DNA of 63,948 nt, filler included, from Lama guanicoe (GCA_013239625.1; 210 parts of 210 records of this genome joined end to end with filler, not necessarily neighbours in it); one strand, 5' to 3'. Positions 1 to 11,714 are shown, counted from the first letter of the whole stretch. Translations and numbers: made by a program. The notes: generated from the letters alone by a model not told the origin.

Positions 1-205
1 GCCGCTGCCTTCCTGGCTTGCAGCCCCTCAAGGCCAGCGAGGGGGGGGGCGAGTCCTCCTGGCCTGTCGCCCCCTCCTGGCTGCCCTCTCCTCCTCCCCC
101 GCCTCCCCTCGGCCTTGAAGGGCTCCGGAGATTACACGCCCGTCCGGGTCGTCGGAGTGATTGCCCCGTCTTCGGGTCAGCTGGTTACACCCCGATTCCG
201 GCTGC
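1..205. promoter_or_regulatory. GC/CpG-rich fragment, CpG-island-like
   Basis: High GC with many undepleted CpGs and a CCCCGCC GC-box; no gene identity recognised. Confidence 0.4.
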
Positions 206-305
206 NNNNNNNNNNNNNNNNNNNNNNNNNNNNNNNNNNNNNNNNNNNNTTAATTAATTAANNNNNNNNNNNNNNNNNNNNNNNNNNNNNNNNNNNNNNN
301 NNNNN
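206..305. other. Artificial contig linker N44-TTAATTAATTAA-N44 (first of 209; last at 63644-63743)
   Basis: Identical 100-nt block recurring every 305 nt (304 after the two 204-bp contigs). The palindromic 12-mer gives TAA in all six frames. 210x305-100-2=63948 matches the window length. Confidence 0.99.
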
Positions 306-1220
306 TTGCTGGAAGTTATTTATTAGGGATTAGCAGGGACGAAAGGAAGCGGGAAGGAGCAGAGTTGGGTGGAAAGCTGAATGGTGATGGAGGCTTCACA
401 AAAGCTCCGAAGCCAATGGGGAAGTCTAGAGTGAGTGTTGCTCCCCAGGGTTTTCTCCTGCTGGCCCAGGTACCGGGACACCTTACTCCAACCTCGCTCA
501 GCCTCCTGATNNNNNNNNNNNNNNNNNNNNNNNNNNNNNNNNNNNNNNNNNNNNTTAATTAATTAANNNNNNNNNNNNNNNNNNNNNNNNNNNNNNNNNN
601 NNNNNNNNNNTATTAAACTTTCTGTTTTTAAGTTACTGTATGGTTTCTGTCTCCTGATTTGACCCAAACTGACGGTGACCATGCTGGGAACCCCTGGGGC
701 GTTAGAGGGGGCAGCTGGCCTGTCCATCGATTCAGGAAAACTGGAGCTGAAGCCACAGGGCTTCAAGAGGGATGTAACTGAGCAGATCTGCAGCCAATAG
801 ATCCTTCTCACCACANNNNNNNNNNNNNNNNNNNNNNNNNNNNNNNNNNNNNNNNNNNNTTAATTAATTAANNNNNNNNNNNNNNNNNNNNNNNNNNNNN
901 NNNNNNNNNNNNNNNTGACTCACATTTAAATGTTCATGAAAGTTGCCCTATACATTTTTCTTTTTAAAAAAAAGGTAAATTTCTATAATTTTTTTTAGCT
1001 GTTTCCACTTAGCCTTCCTGAAGGGATATCATGTGATGAGTTTATTGCTTTTGTTGTAAATATTTTTCCTTAATCTCCTCAGTTGCCTCATTCAGAGAGA
1101 TCCCCATATAAGGAACAAATNNNNNNNNNNNNNNNNNNNNNNNNNNNNNNNNNNNNNNNNNNNNTTAATTAATTAANNNNNNNNNNNNNNNNNNNNNNNN
1201 NNNNNNNNNNNNNNNNNNNN

Positions 1221-1425
1221 TCTCTGAGCCCCTGTGATGACGTCAGTGAACTGTGCGCAGCAGTGACACGGCTTCCGACTGGAAGCTTTATAGTCCAGGG
1301 CGCAGTCCGCCGTGACTCTTCCGCCTTGGCGGCTGGTCAGTACAAGGGAGCACCCAGACGGCACGTGGGCGACTGGAGCAGGTGGCAGACGGCGTGGCGT
1401 GGAAGAGAAGCCAGCTTCCGTGCCT
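1221..1425. promoter_or_regulatory. Promoter-like CpG-rich fragment with CRE, ETS-core pair, TATA-like box and E-box
   Basis: TGACGTCA at 1238-1245; GCTTCC-gact-GGAAGC inverted repeat at 1271-1286; TATAAA on minus strand at 1287-1292; CACGTG at 1362-1367. Confidence 0.45.
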
Positions 1426-1525
1426 NNNNNNNNNNNNNNNNNNNNNNNNNNNNNNNNNNNNNNNNNNNNTTAATTAATTAANNNNNNNNNNNNNNNNNNN
1501 NNNNNNNNNNNNNNNNNNNNNNNNN

Positions 1526-1727
1526 GTTTTGGCTTTTGTTCTTTCTTTCTTCCTTTTCTCCTACCAGATTTTCTACATCTTTACCTATTGAAGAAGACAA
1601 TGTTCTGCCAGAATTCTGCAGGTACTCTGGTTAGATGAGTGGGTCTGTGGATGTGATACTTGGTGCATTTGTGGGAAAGGCTGAGTAACGAGCATCCTTC
1701 TACTCCACCATCTTGGCCTCCTCCCCC
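1526..1727 (-). mobile_element. LINE-1 5' UTR start
   Basis: Minus strand begins GGGGGAGGAGGCCAAGATGGTGGAGTAGAAGGA, the typical G-rich L1 5' terminus with the YY1 core AAGATGG (plus-strand CCATCTT at 1708-1714). Confidence 0.6.
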
Positions 1728-2135
1728 AAANNNNNNNNNNNNNNNNNNNNNNNNNNNNNNNNNNNNNNNNNNNNTTAATTAATTAANNNNNNNNNNNNNN
1801 NNNNNNNNNNNNNNNNNNNNNNNNNNNNNNGGGGATGGAACCCAGGACCTCCTACACTTTGGAATTTCAGCAGGAATTTTCATATCAAGCAGGTAAGGGA
1901 AGGTCCAGTGGCCTCTTGGTGGGTCCGTGTTCCTCCAAAGAGCCAGGGCTATCTGTGGCCGGTGATCATAGCTCACCACCCACCCTTCCCGGCTCAGGCA
2001 GCCAAGGCGAGATGGCTGTAAGGGGCCGGGGGGTANNNNNNNNNNNNNNNNNNNNNNNNNNNNNNNNNNNNNNNNNNNNTTAATTAATTAANNNNNNNNN
2101 NNNNNNNNNNNNNNNNNNNNNNNNNNNNNNNNNNN

Positions 2136-2340
2136 ATGAAAAGGAGTACTACTGGGCAGTTACAGGGGGTGACCTACGTGAATGGCATGCATGTGTCTCA
2201 AACCCATTATCCTGAAGGAAAAAGGTCGGGTGTAAAGGAGCAATGAATACTACAGTGTTATCCCATTTGTATGAAATTACAGAACAAACAAAATTAACTT
2301 CTGGTATCAGAAAGGAGACTGATGTCTGCCTCGAGCTGGA
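2136..2340 (+). mobile_element. Old L1M 3' UTR fragment
   Basis: Degenerate match to recalled L1M 3' UTR motifs (tcccatttgtatgaaatt..agaacaaacaaaattaa). Confidence 0.5.
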
Positions 2341-2745
2341 NNNNNNNNNNNNNNNNNNNNNNNNNNNNNNNNNNNNNNNNNNNNTTAATTAATTAANNNN
2401 NNNNNNNNNNNNNNNNNNNNNNNNNNNNNNNNNNNNNNNNTCTCTGTGCCCGGCGGGGTCTGGGTGACACCCATCCTCGCGCCTGCCCAACGCTGGCTTT
2501 CCTGATGTTAAATTCGGAGTCGCTCCCACTCTCCCCTCCCACCAGCGTTCGGAGATTAGCACGGGCTAGCTACTCCAGGACCCTCGTTGGCTGTCAGACT
2601 CCCCGGCGTCCCGGCTGAGTGAGAAGGGGCGGGGGGCTCCGTGAGNNNNNNNNNNNNNNNNNNNNNNNNNNNNNNNNNNNNNNNNNNNNTTAATTAATTA
2701 ANNNNNNNNNNNNNNNNNNNNNNNNNNNNNNNNNNNNNNNNNNNN

Positions 2746-2857
2746 TCTTGGTCTGTCAACTTTCCGAATAAAGTCATTACTCCTTGTCCCCATAACTCAT
2801 TTCCTGATTTATTGGCCTATACGTGCAGTGAGCAGAATGAGTTTGGACTTGGTAACA
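2746..2857 (+). mobile_element. ERV1-class LTR 3' end (R/U5)
   Basis: AATAAA followed by gatttattggcct..gtgcagtgagcagaatgagtttggacttggtaaca, ending in CA; resembles MER34-like LTR ends. Confidence 0.6.
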
Positions 2858-4577
2858 CTACCCCCAGAACCTGCTGGCAGACCAGGCAGGAGCGATTCAC
2901 ATTCACTCTGCCCCACCCACATCTCTGCTTGCTTCTCAGGTCCGCTTCCTNNNNNNNNNNNNNNNNNNNNNNNNNNNNNNNNNNNNNNNNNNNNTTAATT
3001 AATTAANNNNNNNNNNNNNNNNNNNNNNNNNNNNNNNNNNNNNNNNNNNNAAAAAATGAAATCCACAAAATGAAAACTATCAAATTAAAACACACCACTT
3101 TATTACTACATTTTCAAGAGCCTATAGGTAGGTACAAAGCACAACTCTAAAAGATATGGCCCCCTTCGCAGGCACATTCGATTTCAAATAGCAAGGACAG
3201 TAATTGAAATTTTAATACTAAAATGTCACTCTTTAAATCATCCATGCTTTACTAGNNNNNNNNNNNNNNNNNNNNNNNNNNNNNNNNNNNNNNNNNNNNT
3301 TAATTAATTAANNNNNNNNNNNNNNNNNNNNNNNNNNNNNNNNNNNNNNNNNNNNATTTTAGGCTAAAAAATTATTTATATTGTACATTAGAACCAAAGA
3401 GCCCCATTGAGCACACAATGAAGAAAGCAATGCTAGATTTACCTACATTTTCCATTGTGCAAACCTTCTTCTGGCTACAGCTAAGTGCATCTAACCAAGA
3501 CAAACACATCTGTGTTAAATGGGTTTCCGTTAAAAACCTCTCTATATTAAAGCCTCATCTNNNNNNNNNNNNNNNNNNNNNNNNNNNNNNNNNNNNNNNN
3601 NNNNTTAATTAATTAANNNNNNNNNNNNNNNNNNNNNNNNNNNNNNNNNNNNNNNNNNNNCTGAAATGAATGAACATTGAGGAGATGAATCTTCAGTAAG
3701 AACTGGTCATGAGAGTGTGAATTATTTGGGAGCAGATTTGAGCAACCATGGTTTCCATGGGTTGAATCTTATGGAATTTTCCAAAGGTCCGTTGGAAAGC
3801 ACTTGAAATGCTTTATCTTTACATGCTCGCCAGATGATTGTCCTGTGGGCGTTCCTGATTCTTGTNNNNNNNNNNNNNNNNNNNNNNNNNNNNNNNNNNN
3901 NNNNNNNNNTTAATTAATTAANNNNNNNNNNNNNNNNNNNNNNNNNNNNNNNNNNNNNNNNNNNNATGAAACATTAGGTATGCACAAACTGCTGAAATAA
4001 TTCTAAAGTATTCCGGACTCTCAAAAATAAAGATCTGTTCTTGAATCACACTGCCAACAGACTGCAGAGTTAGAAGGAATTAGAAGGCGAAGTGTTCACT
4101 GCCCGTTGCTCCATGCAGTACAGTCTCCTGGCCTCTGTTCCTCTCATGAAGTATTCTGAGGATAAAATTCNNNNNNNNNNNNNNNNNNNNNNNNNNNNNN
4201 NNNNNNNNNNNNNNTTAATTAATTAANNNNNNNNNNNNNNNNNNNNNNNNNNNNNNNNNNNNNNNNNNNNCAGGCCTGTGTCAGGAGTGACCTCTCCTTC
4301 CTTCTCCCTCCCACACACTGTGTAGCTCCCACTTCCCTTGCCAGGCCCTTCCTCTTGCACTTCCCTTTCCCACAGCTACCGGATGGGTCGTCTCTGAGCA
4401 GAACTTGCGTTACATCATAGCACCGCGCTGCCTCCTTCTTCCCCCAGCTCCTCCCTACCCCTCCACGAGCATCTANNNNNNNNNNNNNNNNNNNNNNNNN
4501 NNNNNNNNNNNNNNNNNNNTTAATTAATTAANNNNNNNNNNNNNNNNNNNNNNNNNNNNNNNNNNNNNNNNNNNNAT

Positions 4578-4778
4578 CAGGAGGAATTAGAGGAGCAAGC
4601 TGCTCAATATCATAGGGATGAAGACCCTTGGGGTGTCTTTTTAACTGAAGAAAATAAAAATTTTGACATGACTAAGCTTAAAAACATTATTACAGAATGT
4701 GTTCAACAAAATGTTTCTAAAAATAACCATAGGACCTTACCTCTAACTTCTTCTCCCCCTCCTGGTTACACATCCCAG
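4578..4778 (+). mobile_element. gag: Betaretrovirus-like (class II ERV) Gag fragment, open frame
   Basis: Translates without stops as QEELEEQAAQYHRDEDPWGVFLTEENKNFDMTKLKNIITECVQQNVSKNNHRTLPLTSSPPPGYTSQ. ELEEQAAQYH resembles the L-(D/E)-EEAA-x-YH motif of the MPMV/JSRV Gag phosphoprotein region; PPGY at 4758-4769 fits a PPxY late domain. Confidence 0.7.
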
Positions 4779-5529
4779 GANNNNNNNNNNNNNNNNNNNN
4801 NNNNNNNNNNNNNNNNNNNNNNNNTTAATTAATTAANNNNNNNNNNNNNNNNNNNNNNNNNNNNNNNNNNNNNNNNNNNNTCTCTTTAGCAACAATAGCT
4901 TTAGAGATTAAAAAATGAAACAGGTTACTTTTCATGTAGAAAAGGAAGGCCACTGACCATGGCTTGCTCATGAGGCAGAAGACTGTTGCTGACTGATCTC
5001 TTCTTTGACCTGCCTCCCAGGGGAGGAAGCACTCATAGGGTCTGGGTTGCCGACCAGGGTTCAGGGATGGGGACAGTACTTGGGTNNNNNNNNNNNNNNN
5101 NNNNNNNNNNNNNNNNNNNNNNNNNNNNNTTAATTAATTAANNNNNNNNNNNNNNNNNNNNNNNNNNNNNNNNNNNNNNNNNNNNTACATTATGCGACTG
5201 TGTTTAATAACAATGCACTTTATATCTTTCAATACATTTTTTCCCAACACGCTAGCAAGACGGGGTACACTTATTTCCATTTAAAAGAAGGCGCAGAGAG
5301 TGTAACACAGGATTACTCTGCAGAAAGCACACAGGTCAAGCTTAGTCTTTGCCCCACTCCAACCCGCCAGACACCACTAACTCAAATCCGNNNNNNNNNN
5401 NNNNNNNNNNNNNNNNNNNNNNNNNNNNNNNNNNTTAATTAATTAANNNNNNNNNNNNNNNNNNNNNNNNNNNNNNNNNNNNNNNNNNNNATTGTTTATT
5501 AGGTAAGAATTTTACAAACATTACTTATA

Positions 5530-5694
<165 letters not shown>

Positions 5695-5795
5695 CNNNNN
5701 NNNNNNNNNNNNNNNNNNNNNNNNNNNNNNNNNNNNNNNTTAATTAATTAANNNNNNNNNNNNNNNNNNNNNNNNNNNNNNNNNNNNNNNNNNNN

Positions 5796-5928
5796 TCCAC
5801 CCAGATAATCCAGGGTAATTTTCCCATTTCAGAGTCCCTAGCCTTAATCACATCTGCAAAGTCCCTTGCACTTTATAATGTAGGGCAACCACAGGTCTGA
5901 GGGATCAAGTTGTGGAAATCTTTGGGGA
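5796..5928 (-). mobile_element. MLT1 (ERVL-MaLR) LTR fragment
   Basis: ccacccagataatccagg..ttaatcacatctgcaaagtccctt is the reverse complement of the MLT1 5' region. Confidence 0.75.
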
Positions 5929-7930
5929 GTATTTAAAATGGTAAAAACATCAACATAGAGTAGGAGTAATCCTTACTTGCTTACTTCTCTGGGACTCTAC
6001 NNNNNNNNNNNNNNNNNNNNNNNNNNNNNNNNNNNNNNNNNNNNTTAATTAATTAANNNNNNNNNNNNNNNNNNNNNNNNNNNNNNNNNNNNNNNNNNNN
6101 CTCCTGGCCCACGGAAACTGGCAGATAACAAACATGTCCTAAGCTGCTCGGTCTGGTCTCGCGTCAGTAGAAAACAAACACAGCACGTTGCAGTTTTGCC
6201 CCGTTCCATGGGCGTGTCTTTCCGATGCTCTTTCACTGTGTGTGGATGTTTTTCTAGTCCTTTTCTTCTTTCTCTAAATAGTAACTTTTGTATGAGATTT
6301 GACTTNNNNNNNNNNNNNNNNNNNNNNNNNNNNNNNNNNNNNNNNNNNNTTAATTAATTAANNNNNNNNNNNNNNNNNNNNNNNNNNNNNNNNNNNNNNN
6401 NNNNNAATTTCTTGAGGTCCGAAAACGTCACATTCAACTTTCAAATCTGCGTTCCTGCACCTCACCCCTATCGGGGGCCTTCAGAGCGAGAAATGACTCC
6501 TTTGTGGCTGAACCCCACAGGAAACCCCCTCGCAAGGGACAGGTTCCAGAGCAGTTCTGGCTTGGGCCCCGGGGAGTACTGGATGGATTTTAAAGTCACA
6601 ATGCCCGTGGNNNNNNNNNNNNNNNNNNNNNNNNNNNNNNNNNNNNNNNNNNNNTTAATTAATTAANNNNNNNNNNNNNNNNNNNNNNNNNNNNNNNNNN
6701 NNNNNNNNNNCCTTGCTGTGGTTTTCTGCTCTCTGTCCTGACCGGTCTCCTTCTCTCTGAAGCTCCAGACTGTACATCCTAGTGTTAATCTGCAGACCCA
6801 CCTCCACGTTTCAAGCTCTGTGTCCCCCAAGCCGTGTTCTTGACACCAGCCCCATGGGACCCGCCAGCAGCCGCCAGCAGCTTGATCTTCCCCAGGTCGG
6901 TCTCCGTCGTGGGCANNNNNNNNNNNNNNNNNNNNNNNNNNNNNNNNNNNNNNNNNNNNTTAATTAATTAANNNNNNNNNNNNNNNNNNNNNNNNNNNNN
7001 NNNNNNNNNNNNNNNTTTCCTGATAGCCAGTTGTTCCCTAATATCAACAACCACCCATCACTTACACTTTTCTTGCCTTTTGCCTTTATGCCTCAGGACA
7101 CCAGCTCAACTCACCTTCCAGAACTTGAAGTTCCCTATTCTCCACTCTGACACCTCAAAAAGACCTCAGCATTGTCTCAAGACTCAGCTGTCTCTACCAT
7201 CTGACATCTCTTGATCTAGCNNNNNNNNNNNNNNNNNNNNNNNNNNNNNNNNNNNNNNNNNNNNTTAATTAATTAANNNNNNNNNNNNNNNNNNNNNNNN
7301 NNNNNNNNNNNNNNNNNNNNGGAATAGAGTAAAGCAAATTGTCCTGGGTTGGTGGTTCAAAGTCAAAAAGTTATATATGCAGTCATAAAACCAAAAATGT
7401 GCCTAATGTTTATACGTATATGAGGAGCGGTTCTCCAGTCACACCTGTTTTTTATATTCTCTGTCTATTTCTGTCGGTTTTTGAGTGATGTTGATGTTCC
7501 CACATCTCTTTCATGGAGAAAACTTNNNNNNNNNNNNNNNNNNNNNNNNNNNNNNNNNNNNNNNNNNNNTTAATTAATTAANNNNNNNNNNNNNNNNNNN
7601 NNNNNNNNNNNNNNNNNNNNNNNNNGAGGTCCTCTTAGAGGCCTCGCTGCTTCAGAGACCTGTGAGGTTCCTATTGGTCCCTCTTTCTTTGAGGCCACCC
7701 TTCTCCCTGGCTCTCCCCACTGTTCCCCACTGACTGTCTAGCTCTCTGCATCTCTGATTTGCTGCATTCCTGCTCCTGCATTTCAGCCTTGGCTTCATTA
7801 TTACCATTCTTCAAAGGCAAATTAAAAAAANNNNNNNNNNNNNNNNNNNNNNNNNNNNNNNNNNNNNNNNNNNNTTAATTAATTAANNNNNNNNNNNNNN
7901 NNNNNNNNNNNNNNNNNNNNNNNNNNNNNN

Positions 7931-8135
7931 AGTCGAATACAGAATTTAGAACACTGATTATAGAATATAGAATACAGATAAAAGAACCCGGAATTTAGAA
8001 CATGGAATACAGAACAGAGAACGTAGAATTTAGAATAATGGATACACAATATAGAATGTAGAATACAGTGTGTACAACAAAGCATATAGAATATAGAATA
8101 CAGAATGCAGAACCTAGAATTTAGAACATGGAATG
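7931..8135 (+). repeat. Degenerate heptamer tandem repeat (AGAATAT/AGAATAC/AGAATTT/AGAACAC)
   Basis: GAA recurs at about 7-nt spacing across the contig; same family as 54290-54494. Confidence 0.85.
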
Positions 8136-8237
8136 NNNNNNNNNNNNNNNNNNNNNNNNNNNNNNNNNNNNNNNNNNNNTTAATTAATTAANNNNNNNNN
8201 NNNNNNNNNNNNNNNNNNNNNNNNNNNNNNNNNNNCT

Positions 8238-8306
8238 GGTAAAGCTGCAGAGCTGGTTTCCACTCACTTCCCTGAACCGATTGAAATAGTCATTAAGGAA
8301 CTTCAG
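8238..8306 (+). CDS. Candidate coding exon 3' part, gene unidentified
   Basis: Open frame GKAAELVSTHFPEPIEIVIKELQ ends in phase at CAG|GTAAAT, followed by AT-rich intron-like sequence. Confidence 0.35.
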
Positions 8307-8845
8307 GTAAATTTTGCAGAATATATTGGGAAGAAACATCTAGCTGAGAGACAAGTATTGAACATCCACTTAAGAACTTTTGATTGTGATCATTTCTTCA
8401 GTTGATAGTTCCTTTTAATAGCAATTTCTACACATTGTGTNNNNNNNNNNNNNNNNNNNNNNNNNNNNNNNNNNNNNNNNNNNNTTAATTAATTAANNNN
8501 NNNNNNNNNNNNNNNNNNNNNNNNNNNNNNNNNNNNNNNNAAAAAACAAAACAAAACAAAACGAAACAACCCATCACATGCTGTAGGGATGCGGAAATCT
8601 GCCCGGCCACAGCCATGCCTTGGGCCCCTTGCTCCCTCTGTTTCCTCTTCCCGAGCGGGTCCCCAGCGGCGGAGATGGGAGGAGCGGAGGAGAGAGAATG
8701 TGGGCTGTCTCATTGCTTAGAGCACATTGCATCTCTGGCTTTGGGNNNNNNNNNNNNNNNNNNNNNNNNNNNNNNNNNNNNNNNNNNNNTTAATTAATTA
8801 ANNNNNNNNNNNNNNNNNNNNNNNNNNNNNNNNNNNNNNNNNNNN

Positions 8846-9050
8846 TAGCCTATGAAATTACCGAGCCCATAAAAACTTAACAACTCCACACCTCATGGTT
8901 GTTCTGTCTCTTGCTTTCTGGGGTGGCCTACACTCTGTCTATGAAATGTATATCTGCTTTTACTTTAAACTAAACACCCCACATCTCTCGGCCTCTCTCT
9001 TGCCTTTTGAGATGGCCCACATTCTGCCTGTGGAGTATGTATCTCCTAAG
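8846..9050 (+). mobile_element. Probable ERV LTR fragment with internal 89-nt-period duplication
   Basis: TATA-like CATAAAAA; 8907-8955 and 8996-9044 align without gaps at 37/49. Confidence 0.5.
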
Positions 9051-9760
9051 NNNNNNNNNNNNNNNNNNNNNNNNNNNNNNNNNNNNNNNNNNNNTTAATT
9101 AATTAANNNNNNNNNNNNNNNNNNNNNNNNNNNNNNNNNNNNNNNNNNNNGCCTCGGTCCACGTCCGGTGCAAGCGGAGGCCGCAGAGCCCAGGCTGAGT
9201 CCCGCACACAGACAGGTGAGGGTGCCCCCGCCCCGCTGCCCCACCCACTAGTGGCAGCACCGCCCCAGCTTCCGGCCGGCACCAGCTGCAGGTGAGGACG
9301 TCCGCGCGGCCCCGCCCAGCTGTCCCATAAGCCTCCCCCAAGCCCCCGTCCAGGCNNNNNNNNNNNNNNNNNNNNNNNNNNNNNNNNNNNNNNNNNNNNT
9401 TAATTAATTAANNNNNNNNNNNNNNNNNNNNNNNNNNNNNNNNNNNNNNNNNNNNGAAAACTAGGCCATACAGCAATATCTAGGAGAACTAAAACATTGA
9501 AGAGTTGCCAGAAAGCAGAGTTTTTATAGATATAAAATAGTAAAAATAACTTTAATCTGTGTAACTCCACTGAGAAGAACTAAAATTAATACACAAAATT
9601 ACTGGGAGGCAGGTTTCACTAAATTTTTGAAACAAGTTTGAGTGAAAAATAAATGGCAGCNNNNNNNNNNNNNNNNNNNNNNNNNNNNNNNNNNNNNNNN
9701 NNNNTTAATTAATTAANNNNNNNNNNNNNNNNNNNNNNNNNNNNNNNNNNNNNNNNNNNN

Positions 9761-9965
9761 TTAAGTCTTAAGAGGACAGCCTCTCAGTCGGCCGCACACA
9801 CGCCTACCCGCCGCCGAGGGTAGCGGCCGCTCCCACTTACCTGCCAGAGATGTGACTCAAGCCACACCACCTTCGCACCGCCATTCCAGCGAATACCGGC
9901 CCCTTCCCGGCCACCGTAGTTCACGGAAAGTACAAGGTGGTCCCTCCCCTCGCATGCGCAGAGGT
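9761..9965 (-). promoter_or_regulatory. CpG-island promoter with candidate first coding exon
   Basis: NRF1-type CGCATGCGCA at 9951-9960; minus-strand ATGGCG starting at 9884 reads MAVRRWCGLSHISG up to a consensus donor CAG|GTAAGT (intron starts at 9840). Confidence 0.55.
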
Positions 9966-10370
9966 NNNNNNNNNNNNNNNNNNNNNNNNNNNNNNNNNNN
10001 NNNNNNNNNTTAATTAATTAANNNNNNNNNNNNNNNNNNNNNNNNNNNNNNNNNNNNNNNNNNNNGGAAAGGAAACTGAGGGAGTTCGGGTAAGAGTGAG
10101 GACCGTGGGGGAAGTGTGGGGAAGGTCTGGGCGATGGCGGCTCTGGCTGTGCTCAGAGGACGAGGTTCCTGCTGGCGCGGAGCAGCTGGTGCTGGTCGTC
10201 ACCCAGCACTGGCAGGAGGGTCTTCCTCTCCCCAGAGCGGGCGAGCGGAGGCTGGGGTGGGTTACTCCTCNNNNNNNNNNNNNNNNNNNNNNNNNNNNNN
10301 NNNNNNNNNNNNNNTTAATTAATTAANNNNNNNNNNNNNNNNNNNNNNNNNNNNNNNNNNNNNNNNNNNN

Positions 10371-10574
10371 AGGAGTCTTATCATCTCTTGTTGGATGGCT
10401 GGTCTGCGTATTTTAATCCCACCACTTAGGCTGGGTTTAAACCTAAAATTTTGTGACTCTAACAAGATTGATCATTTTGCCTGTGATGCGTTTCCCTTAG
10501 TGGAAATCTCATGCTCAGACCCATGGTTAATGGAACAGACTGTTATAATCTGTGCTGTGCTGACCCTGAATAAG
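10371..10574 (+). CDS. Olfactory receptor fragment (TM4-ECL2-TM5), OR6C-like; may be a pseudogene
   Basis: RSLIISCWMAGLRILIPPLRLGLNLKFCDSNKIDHFACDAFPLVEISCSDPWLMEQTVIICAVLTLNK contains the OR motif FC-x-xN-x-IDHF-x-CD..SCSD. No stop in this fragment, but SCSDP replaces the usual SCSDT. Confidence 0.9.
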
Positions 10575-10675
10575 ANNNNNNNNNNNNNNNNNNNNNNNNN
10601 NNNNNNNNNNNNNNNNNNNTTAATTAATTAANNNNNNNNNNNNNNNNNNNNNNNNNNNNNNNNNNNNNNNNNNNN

Positions 10676-10880
10676 GCTATTGTAAATAGTGCTGCTGTGA
10701 ACATTGGAGTACATGTATCTTTTCAAATTAGAATTTCCTCCAGATTATGCCCAGGAGTGGGATTGCTGGATCATATGGTAAGTTTATCTTTAATTTTTTT
10801 TAGGAAACTTCATACTGTTTTCCAAATTGGTTGCACCAAATTACATTCCCACCAACAGTGTAGAAGGGTTCCCTTTTCTC
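10676..10880 (-). mobile_element. LINE-1 ORF2 C-terminal region
   Basis: gctattgtaaatagtgctgct..gggattgctggatcatatggta..ttacattcccaccaacagtgtagaagggttcccttttctc, canonical antisense L1. Confidence 0.9.
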
Positions 10881-10980
10881 NNNNNNNNNNNNNNNNNNNN
10901 NNNNNNNNNNNNNNNNNNNNNNNNTTAATTAATTAANNNNNNNNNNNNNNNNNNNNNNNNNNNNNNNNNNNNNNNNNNNN

Positions 10981-11185
10981 TGCAAAAATTAATTCAAAAT
11001 CAACTACAGATCTAAATGTAACTAAAATATTAAATTATAACTTTTAGAAGATGATATAGGGAAAAAAATTTTAGGACCCAGGCCATGGTGAAAAGTTCTT
11101 AGATCTAACATCAAACCATTAACTTTTTGTAAAAGGAAAAAAATCAATAAATTAGATTTGTCAAAATTAAAAACCTTCACTCTAT
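10981..11185 (+). mobile_element. Old LINE-1 ORF2 fragment
   Basis: caaaaattaattcaaaat..agatctaaatgtaa..ttttagaaga..tcaaaattaaaaacctt, degenerate L1 ORF2. Confidence 0.7.
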
Positions 11186-11285
11186 NNNNNNNNNNNNNNN
11201 NNNNNNNNNNNNNNNNNNNNNNNNNNNNNTTAATTAATTAANNNNNNNNNNNNNNNNNNNNNNNNNNNNNNNNNNNNNNNNNNNN

Positions 11286-11490
11286 CAAATCACTGCTGCG
11301 TCAGATCTCAGCCCTGGCGGCCCCCCGCCCTGACCGCGGCGTGGGGACGGGCGTGCGCGAGGCGCCTCCCCGGCCGGCAGAGAAGCGCGCGCTGCTGTCT
11401 GGGCGGCGAGTCGCGCTAGGCCCCCTTCTTCACGCAGCACGAAGAAGAGATGATAGGCAAGCTACAGTCACTCAGACCGGAGTCTGTGAC
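11286..11490. promoter_or_regulatory. CpG-island-like fragment
   Basis: Dense CpG (gcgtgcgcg, gcgcgcg) and a CCCCGCCC GC-box. Confidence 0.45.
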
Positions 11491-11714
11491 NNNNNNNNNN
11501 NNNNNNNNNNNNNNNNNNNNNNNNNNNNNNNNNNTTAATTAATTAANNNNNNNNNNNNNNNNNNNNNNNNNNNNNNNNNNNNNNNNNNNNAGTTGGAAAT
11601 ATGCTCTGGTCTGCTACAATCTGTGTTTCTCCAACTCAAATTAACTCATGAGGCCTGAAAATAGGGAGAAAATATCAGTATCATGCAGAAGTCATGCTTC
11701 TCCTTTAAGCACTT

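Noticed and set aside
1831..1897. Splice-donor-like CAG|GTAAGG (similar isolated sites near 9215, 29615, 37697 and 56916)
   Set aside because: Short motifs with unrecognised upstream peptides; some are expected by chance in about 43 kb of real sequence.
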